Shown: positions 1 through 9,191, numbered from the stretch's first letter. The stretch: DNA of 58,446 nucleotides from Elusimicrobiota bacterium (GCA_016206405.1 JACQRQ010000261.1:1-58446), one strand, 5' to 3'. Notes: generated by a model from the letters alone, not told the origin. Numbers and translations: made by a program.

Positions 1-142
1 AGAACACGAAGGCGATTGGTTATCTTGACTTTCTTGCCGGTCATATAGTGTACGATACATATTGTAATGTATACATTACAATATGTATCGTACACTATAT
101 GACCGGCAAGAAAGTCAAGATAACCAATCGCCTTCGTGTTCT
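1..142. repeat. Perfect 142-bp palindrome abutting the window start; a fold-back copy of the HTH gene 5' end and its upstream region
   Basis: Bases 1-71 are the exact reverse complement of 72-142 (axis between 71 and 72; outer ends agaacacgaaggcg... and ...cgccttcgtgttct). The right arm holds the first 44 nt of the CDS starting at 99, so the left arm is an inverted copy of coding sequence. Confidence 0.95.
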
Positions 143-344
143 GCGCGCCGAGCGCGAGATCTCCCAGGAAGCGCTGGCGCAAGAGGTCGGGGTCACCCGC
201 GTCACCATCAACTGCATCGAACGCGGAGTTTACCTTCCCAGCCTCGAGCTCGGCATGGCGATCGCCAGATATTTCAGAAAAGCCGTCGAAGACGTATTCA
301 TAACGGAGGAATCCCATGAAAAACGCTCTGCTAAAAGCGCATAA
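99..344 (+). CDS. XRE/Cro-type helix-turn-helix transcriptional regulator (small, YozG-like)
   Basis: ORF 48..344. The internal ATG at 99 gives MTGKKVKITNRLRVLRAEREISQEALAQEVGVTRVTINCIERG..., a typical HTH_XRE pattern of about 81 aa. The upstream part of the ORF lies in the AT-rich palindrome. Confidence 0.85.
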   Translation: MTGKKVKITNRLRVLRAEREISQEALAQEVGVTRVTINCIERGVYLPSLELGMAIARYFRKAVEDVFITEESHEKRSAKSA

Positions 345-918
345 AATCATCGTTCGCTACGCCCTTTTCTACGCCCCGGTCTATGCCGCGCTCTCCGCCA
401 CCCTGTTCACCCGCTACGGAGACGCCGTCCCCGAGGGCGGGATGTTCGACGCCGCCAACAATCTGGGCTTCGCCTGGATTTTGAGCCTGGCTTATGTTTT
501 CCTGGCGCTGCTTTTTTATCGGCGCTTCCGCGAAACCCTCCTTGCCCGGCTGGCGGGCTTCAAGGAAGGCGATGAGCGCGAGCGCCTCGTCACGGCGGAC
601 GCCGCCAGAGCCACGTTTCTGCTGATGCTGGCGCTTCAAATCGTGCTGCTGGTCATGAGCTTGACCGCTATCCGCCTGGTCCGCAACCCGGACGGGCACG
701 GGATGCTCAGCGTGGGGATGCGCCTGAGTTCCGAGCAATTTGACATTTACTCCTTGCCCGAGGGCCAGCCGCCTGCGCCGGGCCCCCTAGGCAGCGTGGA
801 GATCGGAGGGCCTCTCCTGCCCCCGAACATGAGCATTCTCCTGTTGCTGCTTCTGCTCGTTCAGATCGGCGCCTTCAAACTGGTTTCAAGCCGCCGTTAT
901 GAAGGACTTGAGAATTAG
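316..918 (+). CDS. Hypothetical integral membrane protein, partner of the small HTH regulator
   Basis: 200-aa ORF overlapping the HTH gene end by 29 nt. It has several hydrophobic segments (YALFYAPVYAALSATLF, LGFAWILSLAYVFLALLFY, ATFLLMLALQIVLLVMSL, ILLLLLLLVQIGAF). Small XRE regulators are often paired with a membrane protein. No family could be assigned. Confidence 0.6.
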   Translation: MKNALLKAHKIIVRYALFYAPVYAALSATLFTRYGDAVPEGGMFDAANNLGFAWILSLAYVFLALLFYRRFRETLLARLAGFKEGDERERLVTADAARATFLLMLALQIVLLVMSLTAIRLVRNPDGHGMLSVGMRLSSEQFDIYSLPEGQPPAPGPLGSVEIGGPLLPPNMSILLLLLLLVQIGAFKLVSSRRYEGLEN

Positions 919-1237
919 TTTTCTGATTCTGGCCTGCCTCTGCGGCCCCGCATTCGCGGAGCCTGAAATCGGCCAAAATTTTTCAAACGCCGAGCGCCGG
1001 CTCTCGCTCTTTCATCGTTCCGGACCGTGCCCCGGCTCCAGACTATCTTTGGGCTGCGGTCCGACGCCTCATTCTTGGATCGATTTCAAGCCTCCGGGCC
1101 CGCGCTATCCTCAGAACGCCCTGACCATCCGCTTCAGCGACGACAAACGTCGCTCCTCTAAGATCGAAGTCCAGATCGGCAATTTCCTAAGCCAGGCCCT
1201 TTCCGTCGCGGCCGTCGTCGTGACATTCCTGCTCTGA
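899..1237 (+). CDS. Hypothetical small exported protein
   Basis: 112-aa ORF with a Sec-like signal MKDLRISFLILACLCGPAFA/EP. It overlaps the preceding gene by 20 nt. No recognisable domain. Confidence 0.45.
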   Translation: MKDLRISFLILACLCGPAFAEPEIGQNFSNAERRLSLFHRSGPCPGSRLSLGCGPTPHSWIDFKPPGPRYPQNALTIRFSDDKRRSSKIEVQIGNFLSQALSVAAVVVTFLL

Positions 1238-1247
1238 TTGATCCCAA

Positions 1248-1516
1248 GGGCCTGTCAAACAATAACTGAGTCAATGTGGCCGAGGGGATTTTGGCCCAGG
1301 GCAAGGCGCGAAGAGCGAGCATGCTTGAAAAGTATGTAAGTGATGAGCAACGCCGCCATGGGGCGAAAGCCCCCGGCCCCTTCGGGGAGGGCCTATTTTG
1401 GGCGACTTCTTCGTTGCTCGAACGGTCACATAGCCACAGCTATGCTCCCTCCTCGCGCCTCGAACTCACCTCAAACTCGGCCCTCCAAATTGATTCAGTT
1501 ATTGTTTGCCAGGCCC
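1248..1516. repeat. 269-bp imperfect hairpin element with 28-bp terminal inverted repeats (MITE-like element or structured ncRNA)
   Basis: Left end gggcctgtcaaacaataactgagtcaat (1248-1275) matches the reverse complement of the right end attgattcagttattgtttgccaggccc (1489-1516) at 26 of 28 positions. Arm complementarity continues inward for about 80 nt. The core holds GGGGC-GAAA-GCCCC (1360-1373) and a UUCG-containing hairpin (1375-1393). It sits between convergent genes, and no credible CDS lies inside. Confidence 0.7.
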
Positions 1517-1857
1517 TAAGCTTTCGGCTTCGACTTTTTTTCCTTCGTTTCCTTCTCGGCTCTTTTGCGGGGAGCCGTGGTCATCATTTTTTTGGCGGGG
1601 GCGATCGCGACCAGATTCTTTTTGCCGACTTTATTCTTGCGCGCCACCATGCGGCCTTCGGTTTTCGCGAATCGCTTTTGGAAGCGCTCCAACCGGCCGG
1701 CCGTATCTAAAAGCTTCTGGCGCCCCGTGAAGAAGGGATGGCAGGCGGAACAAATTTCCAGCTTGATGACCGGGAGGGTCGAGCGGGTGGTAAAAGCGTT
1801 GCCGCAAGCGCAGGTCACTTGGCTGATTTCATAACGCGGGTGTATGTCCGGCTTCAT
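1516..1857 (-). CDS. rpmE: 50S ribosomal protein L31 (zinc-ribbon type) with a basic C-terminal extension
   Basis: The ATG at 1857 gives [22 protein letters not shown]...[13 protein letters not shown], the L31 signature with Cys ligands. It is followed by a Lys/Ala-rich tail of about 45 aa. Confidence 0.92.
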   Translation of the reverse strand: MKPDIHPRYEISQVTCACGNAFTTRSTLPVIKLEICSACHPFFTGRQKLLDTAGRLERFQKRFAKTEGRMVARKNKVGKKNLVAIAPAKKMMTTAPRKRAEKETKEKKSKPKA

Positions 1858-1896
1858 AAAGGCTCCCACCTTCCGTGTCTTTATTTAACCATTTTT

Positions 1897-2619
1897 TCAA
1901 CGGCCGGACAAGACGCTTTTTCGCGCCGTCGCCCCGCCGCGGGTCAAGAGGAAACTTCGCGGATTGAGCGGATTATTGTGGCGGTCTAAAACCTCAAAAT
2001 GCAGATGCGGACCCGTTGAAAGACCCGTGGAACCCACCCGGCCGATCCGGGTCAGTCCCCGGGACACTAGCTCCCCCCGCTTGACCATAATGTGGCTCAA
2101 ATGGCCGTAAAGGGTCATGACGCCGTCTTCATGGCGGACCACGACGGTCAAGCCGTAACCTTTTCGCCAGCCGGCGGAGGCGATGGCGCCGCTCCGGGAG
2201 GGATAAACCGAAGTTCCCCTTGTCCCCGGGATATCCCACCCTTTGTGGAAATGTCGATAGCCGAAAATAGGATGGATGCGGTTGCCGTAAGAGGAGCTGA
2301 TTTGATGAAGACCGCCTTTAAGCGGAAAAAGGAAACTTTTGGAATTTAAAAAATCGCGGGGAACCCAGAAATCACGCGCCGGCGATAACGATAAGTCTCT
2401 TTTGACCACGCTGGGCGGCAATTGATTGGCTTGGACCAAGGACGTGCGCAGCCGCCGCCCCAAGAGGCCATTCGGCTCTTGAGCAAGCCGATTCGCTCCG
2501 CGGGTTTCCAAACTGCGGAGCGAAAAGTCAAAAGAACTTTCCGGCTGAGCCGGCATCGGCAGCGCCGTCCACGCCAGAAACAGGCTGCCCGAAAATAAGC
2601 TTATGATAAACTTCAACAT
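1897..2619 (-). CDS. M23 family (LytM-type) metallopeptidase, exported
   Basis: Signal-like N-terminus MLKFIISLFSGSLFLAWTALP. M23 motifs HKGWDI and GSTGLSTGPHLHFEV are present. Confidence 0.9.
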   Translation of the reverse strand: MLKFIISLFSGSLFLAWTALPMPAQPESSFDFSLRSLETRGANRLAQEPNGLLGRRLRTSLVQANQLPPSVVKRDLSLSPARDFWVPRDFLNSKSFLFPLKGGLHQISSSYGNRIHPIFGYRHFHKGWDIPGTRGTSVYPSRSGAIASAGWRKGYGLTVVVRHEDGVMTLYGHLSHIMVKRGELVSRGLTRIGRVGSTGLSTGPHLHFEVLDRHNNPLNPRSFLLTRGGATARKSVLSGR

Positions 2620-2766
2620 GCGTCGCGCCGGCGCATGGCGGAAAGCCGTCCAGCGCCGGCACTATTTATTCTAACTCATCCACGACGGACGACGCATGGG
2701 CCTTCCGGGCGCGATACGACGAGTAAAAGACCTACGTCGACGTAGGACCTATGGGTCCGAAGTCGC

Positions 2767-4092
2767 TCAACGGCTGCTCGCCAAGCTCGACATTTCCATG
2801 GACTTGAGAAAATCCTTATTGGACTTTGTGGCCGACAGCTTTTCCAACAGAAGTTCCATGGCGTCGGTCGTCGATGAGGATGCAAGCAATTTCCGCAGAA
2901 TCCACACCTTGTTGAGCTCATCCTCGGACAGAAGCAATTCCTCTTTGCGCGTGCCGGAACGGTTGATATCAATGGACGGAAAGATTCGACGGTCGGCCAG
3001 CTTGCGGTCCAAGTAAATCTCCATATTGCCGGTGCCCTTAAATTCCTCGAATATCACGTCATCCATGCGGCTTCCCGTTTCGACAAGAGCCGTGGCGATG
3101 ATGCTCAGGCTGCCGCCTTCCTCGACGTTGCGGGCGGCGCCGAAGAAGCGCTTGGGTCTTTGCAGAGAGGTGGACTCCAAGCCGCCGGAGAGAACCCGGC
3201 CGCTGGAGGGGGTGATGGTATTGTAAGCGCGGGCCAGACGGGTGATCGAATCCAAGAGTATGACCACGTCCTTTTTGTGCTCGACCAATCGCCTCGCTTT
3301 CTCCAGGACCATCTCCGCGACTTGGACGTGGCGGTCGGAGGGTTCGTCAAAGGTGGAAGCGATCACTTCCCCCTTGACGGAGCGCCGCATGTCCGTCACC
3401 TCCTCAGGTCTTTCATCGATCAGAAGCACCATAAGAACGACCTCGGGGTGATTTTCCATCAAGGCGTTGGCGATCTTCTGCAGCATGATCGTCTTTCCTG
3501 TTTTGGGAGCCGCCACGATCAATCCCCGCTGCCCCTGTCCGATAGGGGAAATTAGGTTGATGGTCCTGCCGATTAATTCCCCCTTGGCAGTCTCCGCATT
3601 GAACCGCTTGGTCGGGTGCAGCGGCGTAAGATTTTCAAAAAGGGTGCGCTCCCTCAGGGCTTCCGGCGTCACTCCGTTGACGCTTTTGACCTGCAGAAGG
3701 GCGAAAAACCTCTCCCCGTCTTTGGGCGGCCGCACATATCCCGCGACCGTGTCCCCCTTGCGCAACCCGAATTTTTTGATTTGCGAAGGAGAAATATAAA
3801 TATCGTCCGGACAGGGCAGATAATTATAGGCCGTCGAACGCAAAAAACCGAAGCCGTCTGGAAGAACTTCCAATACCCCCTCGTCGTAGATGTTGCCGTT
3901 TTCCTTGGCTTTGCTGCCGAGTATCGCGGCGATCAACTCCGGCTTCCGAAGGCCGGCAAACCCTTCAATCTTCTTTTCTTTCGCAAGTTCCAATAATTCC
4001 GGCATGGTCATTTTAGACCACACCACTTCTTCATCAGGCTTTTTATCCACCATGGGATCGTCCCCTCCAGGCTGCTCCGGTTTGCGTGTCAT
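2767..4092 (-). CDS. rho: Transcription termination factor Rho
   Basis: 441 aa. N-terminal Rho_N helix ([31 protein letters not shown]), cold-shock-like RNA-binding domain ([20 protein letters not shown]), Walker A AAPKTGKT and the RecA-type ATPase core. The start overlaps the coaE stop (ATGA). Confidence 0.97.
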   Translation of the reverse strand: MTRKPEQPGGDDPMVDKKPDEEVVWSKMTMPELLELAKEKKIEGFAGLRKPELIAAILGSKAKENGNIYDEGVLEVLPDGFGFLRSTAYNYLPCPDDIYISPSQIKKFGLRKGDTVAGYVRPPKDGERFFALLQVKSVNGVTPEALRERTLFENLTPLHPTKRFNAETAKGELIGRTINLISPIGQGQRGLIVAAPKTGKTIMLQKIANALMENHPEVVLMVLLIDERPEEVTDMRRSVKGEVIASTFDEPSDRHVQVAEMVLEKARRLVEHKKDVVILLDSITRLARAYNTITPSSGRVLSGGLESTSLQRPKRFFGAARNVEEGGSLSIIATALVETGSRMDDVIFEEFKGTGNMEIYLDRKLADRRIFPSIDINRSGTRKEELLLSEDELNKVWILRKLLASSSTTDAMELLLEKLSATKSNKDFLKSMEMSSLASSR

Positions 4093-4697
4093 AGCATTTG
4101 CTCCAGGTTTCCATAAAGATTGCGTGCGCGGCGTCTTAGATCCGGCACGGACCGAGAATTATCCACAACGACATCCGCCAGCTTGACTTTTTCTTCCAAC
4201 GGCATCTGCAAATTCATTCGCTTCAGGATTTCGGAACGGCTCAGGCCGCTGCGCTTCTCAATCCAGCGGATCCTCGCCCGCCGCGGGGCCCATACGACTA
4301 CCGTCATCTCAAAAAAATCGGCTTTCCAAAGACGCGGGCCAGCCTCAAAAAGAAGCGGCACATCTACGAAAACAAGCGGCTTTCTCGCGCGGCGGGCCCG
4401 GTCTTGGGCCTGCCGGACCACCCGCTTGTGCAAAATATTCTCAAGCCTCCGCAGCAAACGGCGGCGTCCAAAGGCGATATTTCCCAATGCGGAGCGGTCG
4501 ACTTGGCCGCGGGAATCGAATATTCCAGCGCCGAAGATTTCGCGAAGCTTGGCCCTTACGATGGGAGACCGCAGCTCGCCGTGGACGATCTCATCACAAC
4601 TGATGCCTTCGGCGCCCAAGGATTTGACCGCATCCAAAAAGGTGGTCTTCCCGCTGCCGATTCCCCCCGTCAAAGCCACCACCATCTTTCTCTTCAC
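4089..4697 (-). CDS. coaE: Dephospho-CoA kinase
   Basis: About 200 aa with the N-terminal P-loop [14 protein letters not shown] and typical CoaE length and layout. Confidence 0.88.
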   Translation of the reverse strand: MKRKMVVALTGGIGSGKTTFLDAVKSLGAEGISCDEIVHGELRSPIVRAKLREIFGAGIFDSRGQVDRSALGNIAFGRRRLLRRLENILHKRVVRQAQDRARRARKPLVFVDVPLLFEAGPRLWKADFFEMTVVVWAPRRARIRWIEKRSGLSRSEILKRMNLQMPLEEKVKLADVVVDNSRSVPDLRRRARNLYGNLEQML

Positions 4698-4701
4698 TCA
4701 A

Positions 4702-5496
4702 TCACCCCTTGTGCCGGGACGAATATTGGCGCATGATTTCGCGCTCTCTGTCCGTCAACGAATCGATGCCTTTAACCAGGATTTTGTCTAAAATATGATC
4801 GACTTCCTCCATCGTCACGTCGTCCTTCTTTTCGGCGCGCGACGGCCTCCGGAAGCGGGGTTTGCCCCGCTTCAACGCGGAGGAGGCGCTCGCGTTTTTC
4901 ATGGAGCTCCACATTTCGCCCAGCCAATGCCTCCCATAAATTTTGGCTTTCCACCACCAGCGGAGGTAGACAAAACCGGTAATCATTCCCCCGAGGTGCG
5001 CAAAGCGCGCGATTCCGGGGCTCGATGGAATTGACACAAACTCGATGACCCCGAAAAGAATGGCCAATTGCCTGGCCGACATCGGAATTAGAAAGTAAAG
5101 GTAGATCGTCGCATCCGGATACAACATGGCGAAAGCGACCAGGAGGCCGTAAACCGCGCCGGAAGCCCCGATCACCGGCACCGGCGAATTGGGCGAAGTC
5201 GCCACGCTCAAAAGGGCGGCGCCAAGACCGGTGATAAAATAGTATTTCAGAAATTCCCGGGCACCCCAATTGGCCTCCACCACCCGGCCGAACATCCACA
5301 GGGCGAATAAATTGAAAAAGAGGTGCATCGCGCTGCCATGCAGGAAAAGATAGGACCCCATTTGCCAGAGCCATAAATTCTTGCTTATGCGCAGTGGAAC
5401 CAGGCCGAAAATCCCGGTCATGTCGGGTCCCACCAGCATTTGGAGGAAATAAACGCCGACATTGGCCGCCATCAACGCTTGAACGGCCGGCGTCAT
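4702..5496 (-). CDS. Rhomboid family intramembrane serine protease with a cytoplasmic C-terminal tail
   Basis: Multi-TM core with the catalytic-Ser motif GASGAVYGLL and the catalytic-His motif AHLGGMITG. The C-terminal tail is ...VDHILDKILVKGIDSLTDREREIMRQYS. Confidence 0.9.
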   Translation of the reverse strand: MTPAVQALMAANVGVYFLQMLVGPDMTGIFGLVPLRISKNLWLWQMGSYLFLHGSAMHLFFNLFALWMFGRVVEANWGAREFLKYYFITGLGAALLSVATSPNSPVPVIGASGAVYGLLVAFAMLYPDATIYLYFLIPMSARQLAILFGVIEFVSIPSSPGIARFAHLGGMITGFVYLRWWWKAKIYGRHWLGEMWSSMKNASASSALKRGKPRFRRPSRAEKKDDVTMEEVDHILDKILVKGIDSLTDREREIMRQYSSRHKG

Positions 5497-5524
5497 GATT
5501 CTCCTCGACCCGCGAAACCAGCCA

Positions 5525-8128
5525 TCAAATATTCTCCAACGGGCGCATGTCCTGCCAGTTGGGCCCCGCTTTGGCGGTGACCGCGACCGGCACTTTCAAT
5601 CGAACCGCCTGCTCCATCTGCAGGCGCGCCCAATCGGCCAGCGCGGCGACATTCTCTTCGGGAACCTCAAAGAGCAAATCGTCATGAATCTGCAGGAGCA
5701 TCGCGACGCCCGCAAACCGCTTTTCGGTTTTGAGCCCGCCGCCGATGCGGATCATGGCCTGCTTGATGATGTCCGCCGAGCTTCCCTGTATCGGCGTGTT
5801 GAGCGCGGCGCGCTCGGCGAAGCCGCGCACCGCGGCATTCTTGGAATTCAGCTCAGGCAAATACCTCAAGCGTCCGGAAATCGTTCGGACGAGCCCCTTT
5901 TGACGGGCCTCTTCCAGGCTTTTCGCGGTCCAAGCGGCCACCCCCGCATATTTTTCAAAATACTGCTTGATATACGCCTCCGCCTCCTTGACGGGAATGC
6001 CCAACTCTTGAGATAGACCGTAGGGCGTTTGGCCGTAAACCACCCCGAAATTGACGGCCTTGGCTTTCCGGCGCATCTCCGGCGTCACCTCCTTGGGGGA
6101 AACCTGGAATAAATCGCACGCCGTTTGCGCATGCACATCTCCGCCCCGAGAAAAAACCTCGCACAACGCCTTATCTTCGGAGACATGCGCCAGGGAACGA
6201 AGATCGACTTGAGAGTAATCCAGGGCCAAAAACATCTTGCCTTGGCCGGGGACAAAAGCGCGGCGCACTTTTAGGCCCAATTCCGTCCGGATGGGGATAT
6301 TTTGCAAATTGGGATGCGCGCTGGAGAGGCGTCCGGTGGCGGTCCCGGTTTGGTTGAAATGGGTGTGGACGCGTCCCGTTTCCGGTGAAATTTCCTTGAG
6401 GAGGCCCTCAACGTAAGTCGAACGCAGCTTCATGAGCTCGCGGTACTGCAGCAGCTTGCCGGGAAAGGGATGGCCGGCGCTCAACGCGCTCAGCGTATCT
6501 TCATCGGTGGAATAGCCGGTTTTGGTCTTGCGCAGAGCGGGGAGCCCGAATTTCTCAAAAAGCAGTTGCCCGATCTGCTTGGGAGAGTTCAAATTCACCG
6601 CACCGCCCGCCATCGCCTCGAGCTCCCGGCGCAGACCCTCGATCCGGTCGCTAAATTCAACCGAAAGACGCTCCAAATAGGCCCGATCCACCTGGATGCC
6701 GGCGCGCTGCATTTCGGTCAAAATCCGCATCACGGGCATCTCCATTTGCCAAAACAAAGCCTCGACGCCCTTTTGGGCCATCTGGCCTTGCAAAGCGGCG
6801 GCCAATTCAAAAAGCCAAAGCGACTCGAAAAGAGCCATAGCCTGCGCTTCCACCCGGGGAACAGGGCGCCCCAGATATTCCAGAGCCAGCTCCCCGAAAT
6901 CATACTTGGACCGCGATGGATTCACGCAATAGGCGGCCAGCATGGTATCGAACAAAGTCCCCTTGATTTCCAAACCAAGGTCCAGCAAACGCAAAAGGAT
7001 GGTTTTAAAATCTTGTCCCGTTTTGAAGATCGTTTCGTCCGCCAACAAGAGAAGGAGCCCCTGGCGCTCGGTCGTGGATTCCTCTGATATTTTTACCTGC
7101 GAGACGGAACCCGATGGAAGTCCCAGGACGCACAAAAGTCCGGCATCTTCCCGCAGCAGGCTTTCCGCGACGGATGGGGGCACGACCGCCACGGAAACTC
7201 TCTTCTCCACCTTGGCTTTTTCAAGAAATTTATTGAACGGAATCGGATCGGGCGCTTCGGCATGGGAATTTGCGCTGTTGAAATATTCCTTGGCAAGGCT
7301 GGTAAATTCCAAGCGCTGCAGAAAAGGGACGGCCGTTTCGACTTCCACCGACTTTCTTTTGAAATCGCCGAGGCGGAATTCAAACGGAACATTTCGTTCC
7401 AGCGTAACGAGGGCCCTGCTTAAGAGCGCCTGCTGCTGCCCCTGCGCCAGATTTTCGGCGACGGCCTTTGGGAAATCGGAGGGTTTCTCTGAAACGGCTT
7501 TCAGCAAGGAATCCAGGCTGCCATAACTGCGGATGAGCTTGGCCGCCCCGACTTTTCCTATTCCCCGGACCCCGGGCACATTGTCAACGGAATCCCCCAT
7601 CAGGGCGAAAAAATCCACCAATTGGCCGGGAGAGAGCCCGTATTTTTCCTTGACGTCCTCCAGCTCGATAAAATCGCCTTTGCTGTTTAAAGCGTGGGTC
7701 TGGGGCCCCAAAAGCTGTAGGATGTCCTTATCTTCCGTCACCAGGACGACTTCCATATTCTCGGCGGCGGCTTTCTCCGCCAAAGTCGCCATCAGGTCGT
7801 CAGCCTCATATCCCGGCTTTCGAAGAGAAGGAAGCCCGAGGACGCCCACAAGTTCTTCGGCAAGCGGCAGTTGAGAGACAAGCTCCGCATCCGCCTTCTT
7901 GCGGGTGGCTTTATATTCGGGGAATTGTTTGTGGCGATGCGTCGGTTCGGGAGTGTCGAAGCACACCGCAAGATAGTCCGGCTGGTGCTCTTTGAGCACT
8001 TTAAGCAACATTCTGGCGAACCCATAAAGAGCTCCCACAGGCTGGCCCTGGGAAGTCGTCAGCGGCGGCAGGGCATGGTAAGCGCGATGCATATACCCAT
8101 GCGCGTCAAATATAAAGAATTTTTGCAT
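5525..8128 (-). CDS. polA: DNA polymerase I
   Basis: 867 aa. 5'-3' exonuclease N-terminus (IFDAHGYMHRAYHA), a central 3'-5' exo-like region, and polymerase motifs A (LALDYSQVDLRSLA), B (RRKAKAVNFGVVYG) and C (LLQIHDDLLFE). Confidence 0.98.
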   Translation of the reverse strand: MQKFFIFDAHGYMHRAYHALPPLTTSQGQPVGALYGFARMLLKVLKEHQPDYLAVCFDTPEPTHRHKQFPEYKATRKKADAELVSQLPLAEELVGVLGLPSLRKPGYEADDLMATLAEKAAAENMEVVLVTEDKDILQLLGPQTHALNSKGDFIELEDVKEKYGLSPGQLVDFFALMGDSVDNVPGVRGIGKVGAAKLIRSYGSLDSLLKAVSEKPSDFPKAVAENLAQGQQQALLSRALVTLERNVPFEFRLGDFKRKSVEVETAVPFLQRLEFTSLAKEYFNSANSHAEAPDPIPFNKFLEKAKVEKRVSVAVVPPSVAESLLREDAGLLCVLGLPSGSVSQVKISEESTTERQGLLLLLADETIFKTGQDFKTILLRLLDLGLEIKGTLFDTMLAAYCVNPSRSKYDFGELALEYLGRPVPRVEAQAMALFESLWLFELAAALQGQMAQKGVEALFWQMEMPVMRILTEMQRAGIQVDRAYLERLSVEFSDRIEGLRRELEAMAGGAVNLNSPKQIGQLLFEKFGLPALRKTKTGYSTDEDTLSALSAGHPFPGKLLQYRELMKLRSTYVEGLLKEISPETGRVHTHFNQTGTATGRLSSAHPNLQNIPIRTELGLKVRRAFVPGQGKMFLALDYSQVDLRSLAHVSEDKALCEVFSRGGDVHAQTACDLFQVSPKEVTPEMRRKAKAVNFGVVYGQTPYGLSQELGIPVKEAEAYIKQYFEKYAGVAAWTAKSLEEARQKGLVRTISGRLRYLPELNSKNAAVRGFAERAALNTPIQGSSADIIKQAMIRIGGGLKTEKRFAGVAMLLQIHDDLLFEVPEENVAALADWARLQMEQAVRLKVPVAVTAKAGPNWQDMRPLENI

Positions 8129-8325
8129 TTAAAGCGTCTATATAAGGATATTTAAGAAAAAGGGGCGGGTTCGGGACGGCATAAACAATCCATAGTTTCA
8201 AACCACCCAAATTTTCGGGGGGTCAAAAGCGGAGCGGCACAGCGCGGTTAAATGCCTTTACGGTCAAGGAAGTATAAATTTTGGAAGATAGCTGAAACTC
8301 AATCGCAGGGGGTGAATTAGCGTAA

Positions 8326-8646
8326 TTATACCAGGAGAGTATCCAAACGCTTCTTGATGTCCGCTTTGGAATGGACCCCCACCAATTGCTCTACCAACTG
8401 GCCTTTGTTAAAAAACAGCAGCGTGGGAATGGCCGAGATTTTAAAGCGGGTCGCCGCGTTTGAATGATCATCCGTATTGAGTTTGCCGATTTTTACTTTG
8501 CCGTCGTATTCCTTAGCCAATTCCTCTAGAACCGGAGCCAACATACGGCACGGGCCGCACCAGGGCGCCCAGAAATCGACTACAACCGGTTGCGGGCTTC
8601 CCAGGACCTCTTCGTCGAATGTGGCGTCAGTCAGTTGAACTTCCAT
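8326..8646 (-). CDS. trxA: Thioredoxin
   Basis: 106 aa with the WCGPC active site (FWAPWCGPCRMLAP). Confidence 0.96.
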   Translation of the reverse strand: MEVQLTDATFDEEVLGSPQPVVVDFWAPWCGPCRMLAPVLEELAKEYDGKVKIGKLNTDDHSNAATRFKISAIPTLLFFNKGQLVEQLVGVHSKADIKKRLDTLLV

Positions 8647-8774
8647 AATTCCCCTAAGGCAATGATCCGTTTCGGAATGTTTTCGCTAGATTCGTCCGCC
8701 GGTCGGCGGACAGCCAGAGGCGGTCCTGAGCGCAACTGATTGGAAACCACTGACGGTATTTAGGTTAGCACACT

Positions 8775-9191
8775 TCACTTCGGCTTGTCAAGAAGATATC
8801 TAACTTCTTCCCACAAGGTGTCCATGTTGACGGGCTTGGAAAGGTAGGCGTCGGCCCCCGCCAAAAGGCCTTCGGCGCGGTCCGCCGGCTCCGTGTAGCG
8901 GGCCGACAAGAAAACCACAGGAACATTTTTCAGCTTTAGGTGGCGCTTGAGCGCCCGGCACAGCTCAAACCCATGCACATCCGGGAGCTGCACATCCAGC
9001 AGGATCAGCGAAGGGGTCATGTCCTTAAGACAGCGCATCGCGTCCTGGCCGCAGGCGACGGAAAAAACCTGAATTTGTTTCAATGACAGAGCATCGGTGA
9101 TGGTCTCTCGAAAGTGAGCGTCGTCATCGACGACCATAATATCAGGCTGCATCTCCTGAACCCGAAGTTCCTCTTGCATTTCCATGTTCAT
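8775..9191 (-). CDS. Stand-alone response regulator receiver protein (CheY-like, no output domain)
   Basis: 138 aa with an acidic pocket (VVDDD), phospho-acceptor context LILLDVQLPD, VFLSA and YLSKP. No DNA-binding domain. Confidence 0.9.
   Translation of the reverse strand: MNMEMQEELRVQEMQPDIMVVDDDAHFRETITDALSLKQIQVFSVACGQDAMRCLKDMTPSLILLDVQLPDVHGFELCRALKRHLKLKNVPVVFLSARYTEPADRAEGLLAGADAYLSKPVNMDTLWEEVRYLLDKPK

Noticed and set aside
1276-1710. 144-aa plus-strand ORF spanning the hairpin element
   Set aside because: Its first half is the translation of the palindromic element, and its second half is antisense to rpmE. It is not credible as a gene.
4009-4092. N-terminal ~28-aa extension of Rho, considered as an insertion domain
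   Set aside because: It is short and acidic/basic low-complexity, and alternative starts are possible. It is nothing like the large Rho N-terminal insertions known in some phyla.
8694-8711. Perfect hairpin GTCCGCC-GGTC-GGCGGAC between the response regulator and trxA, considered as a terminator
   Set aside because: There is no U-tract on either strand after the stem, so it cannot be called an intrinsic terminator. It may just be a stable stem in an intercistronic region.
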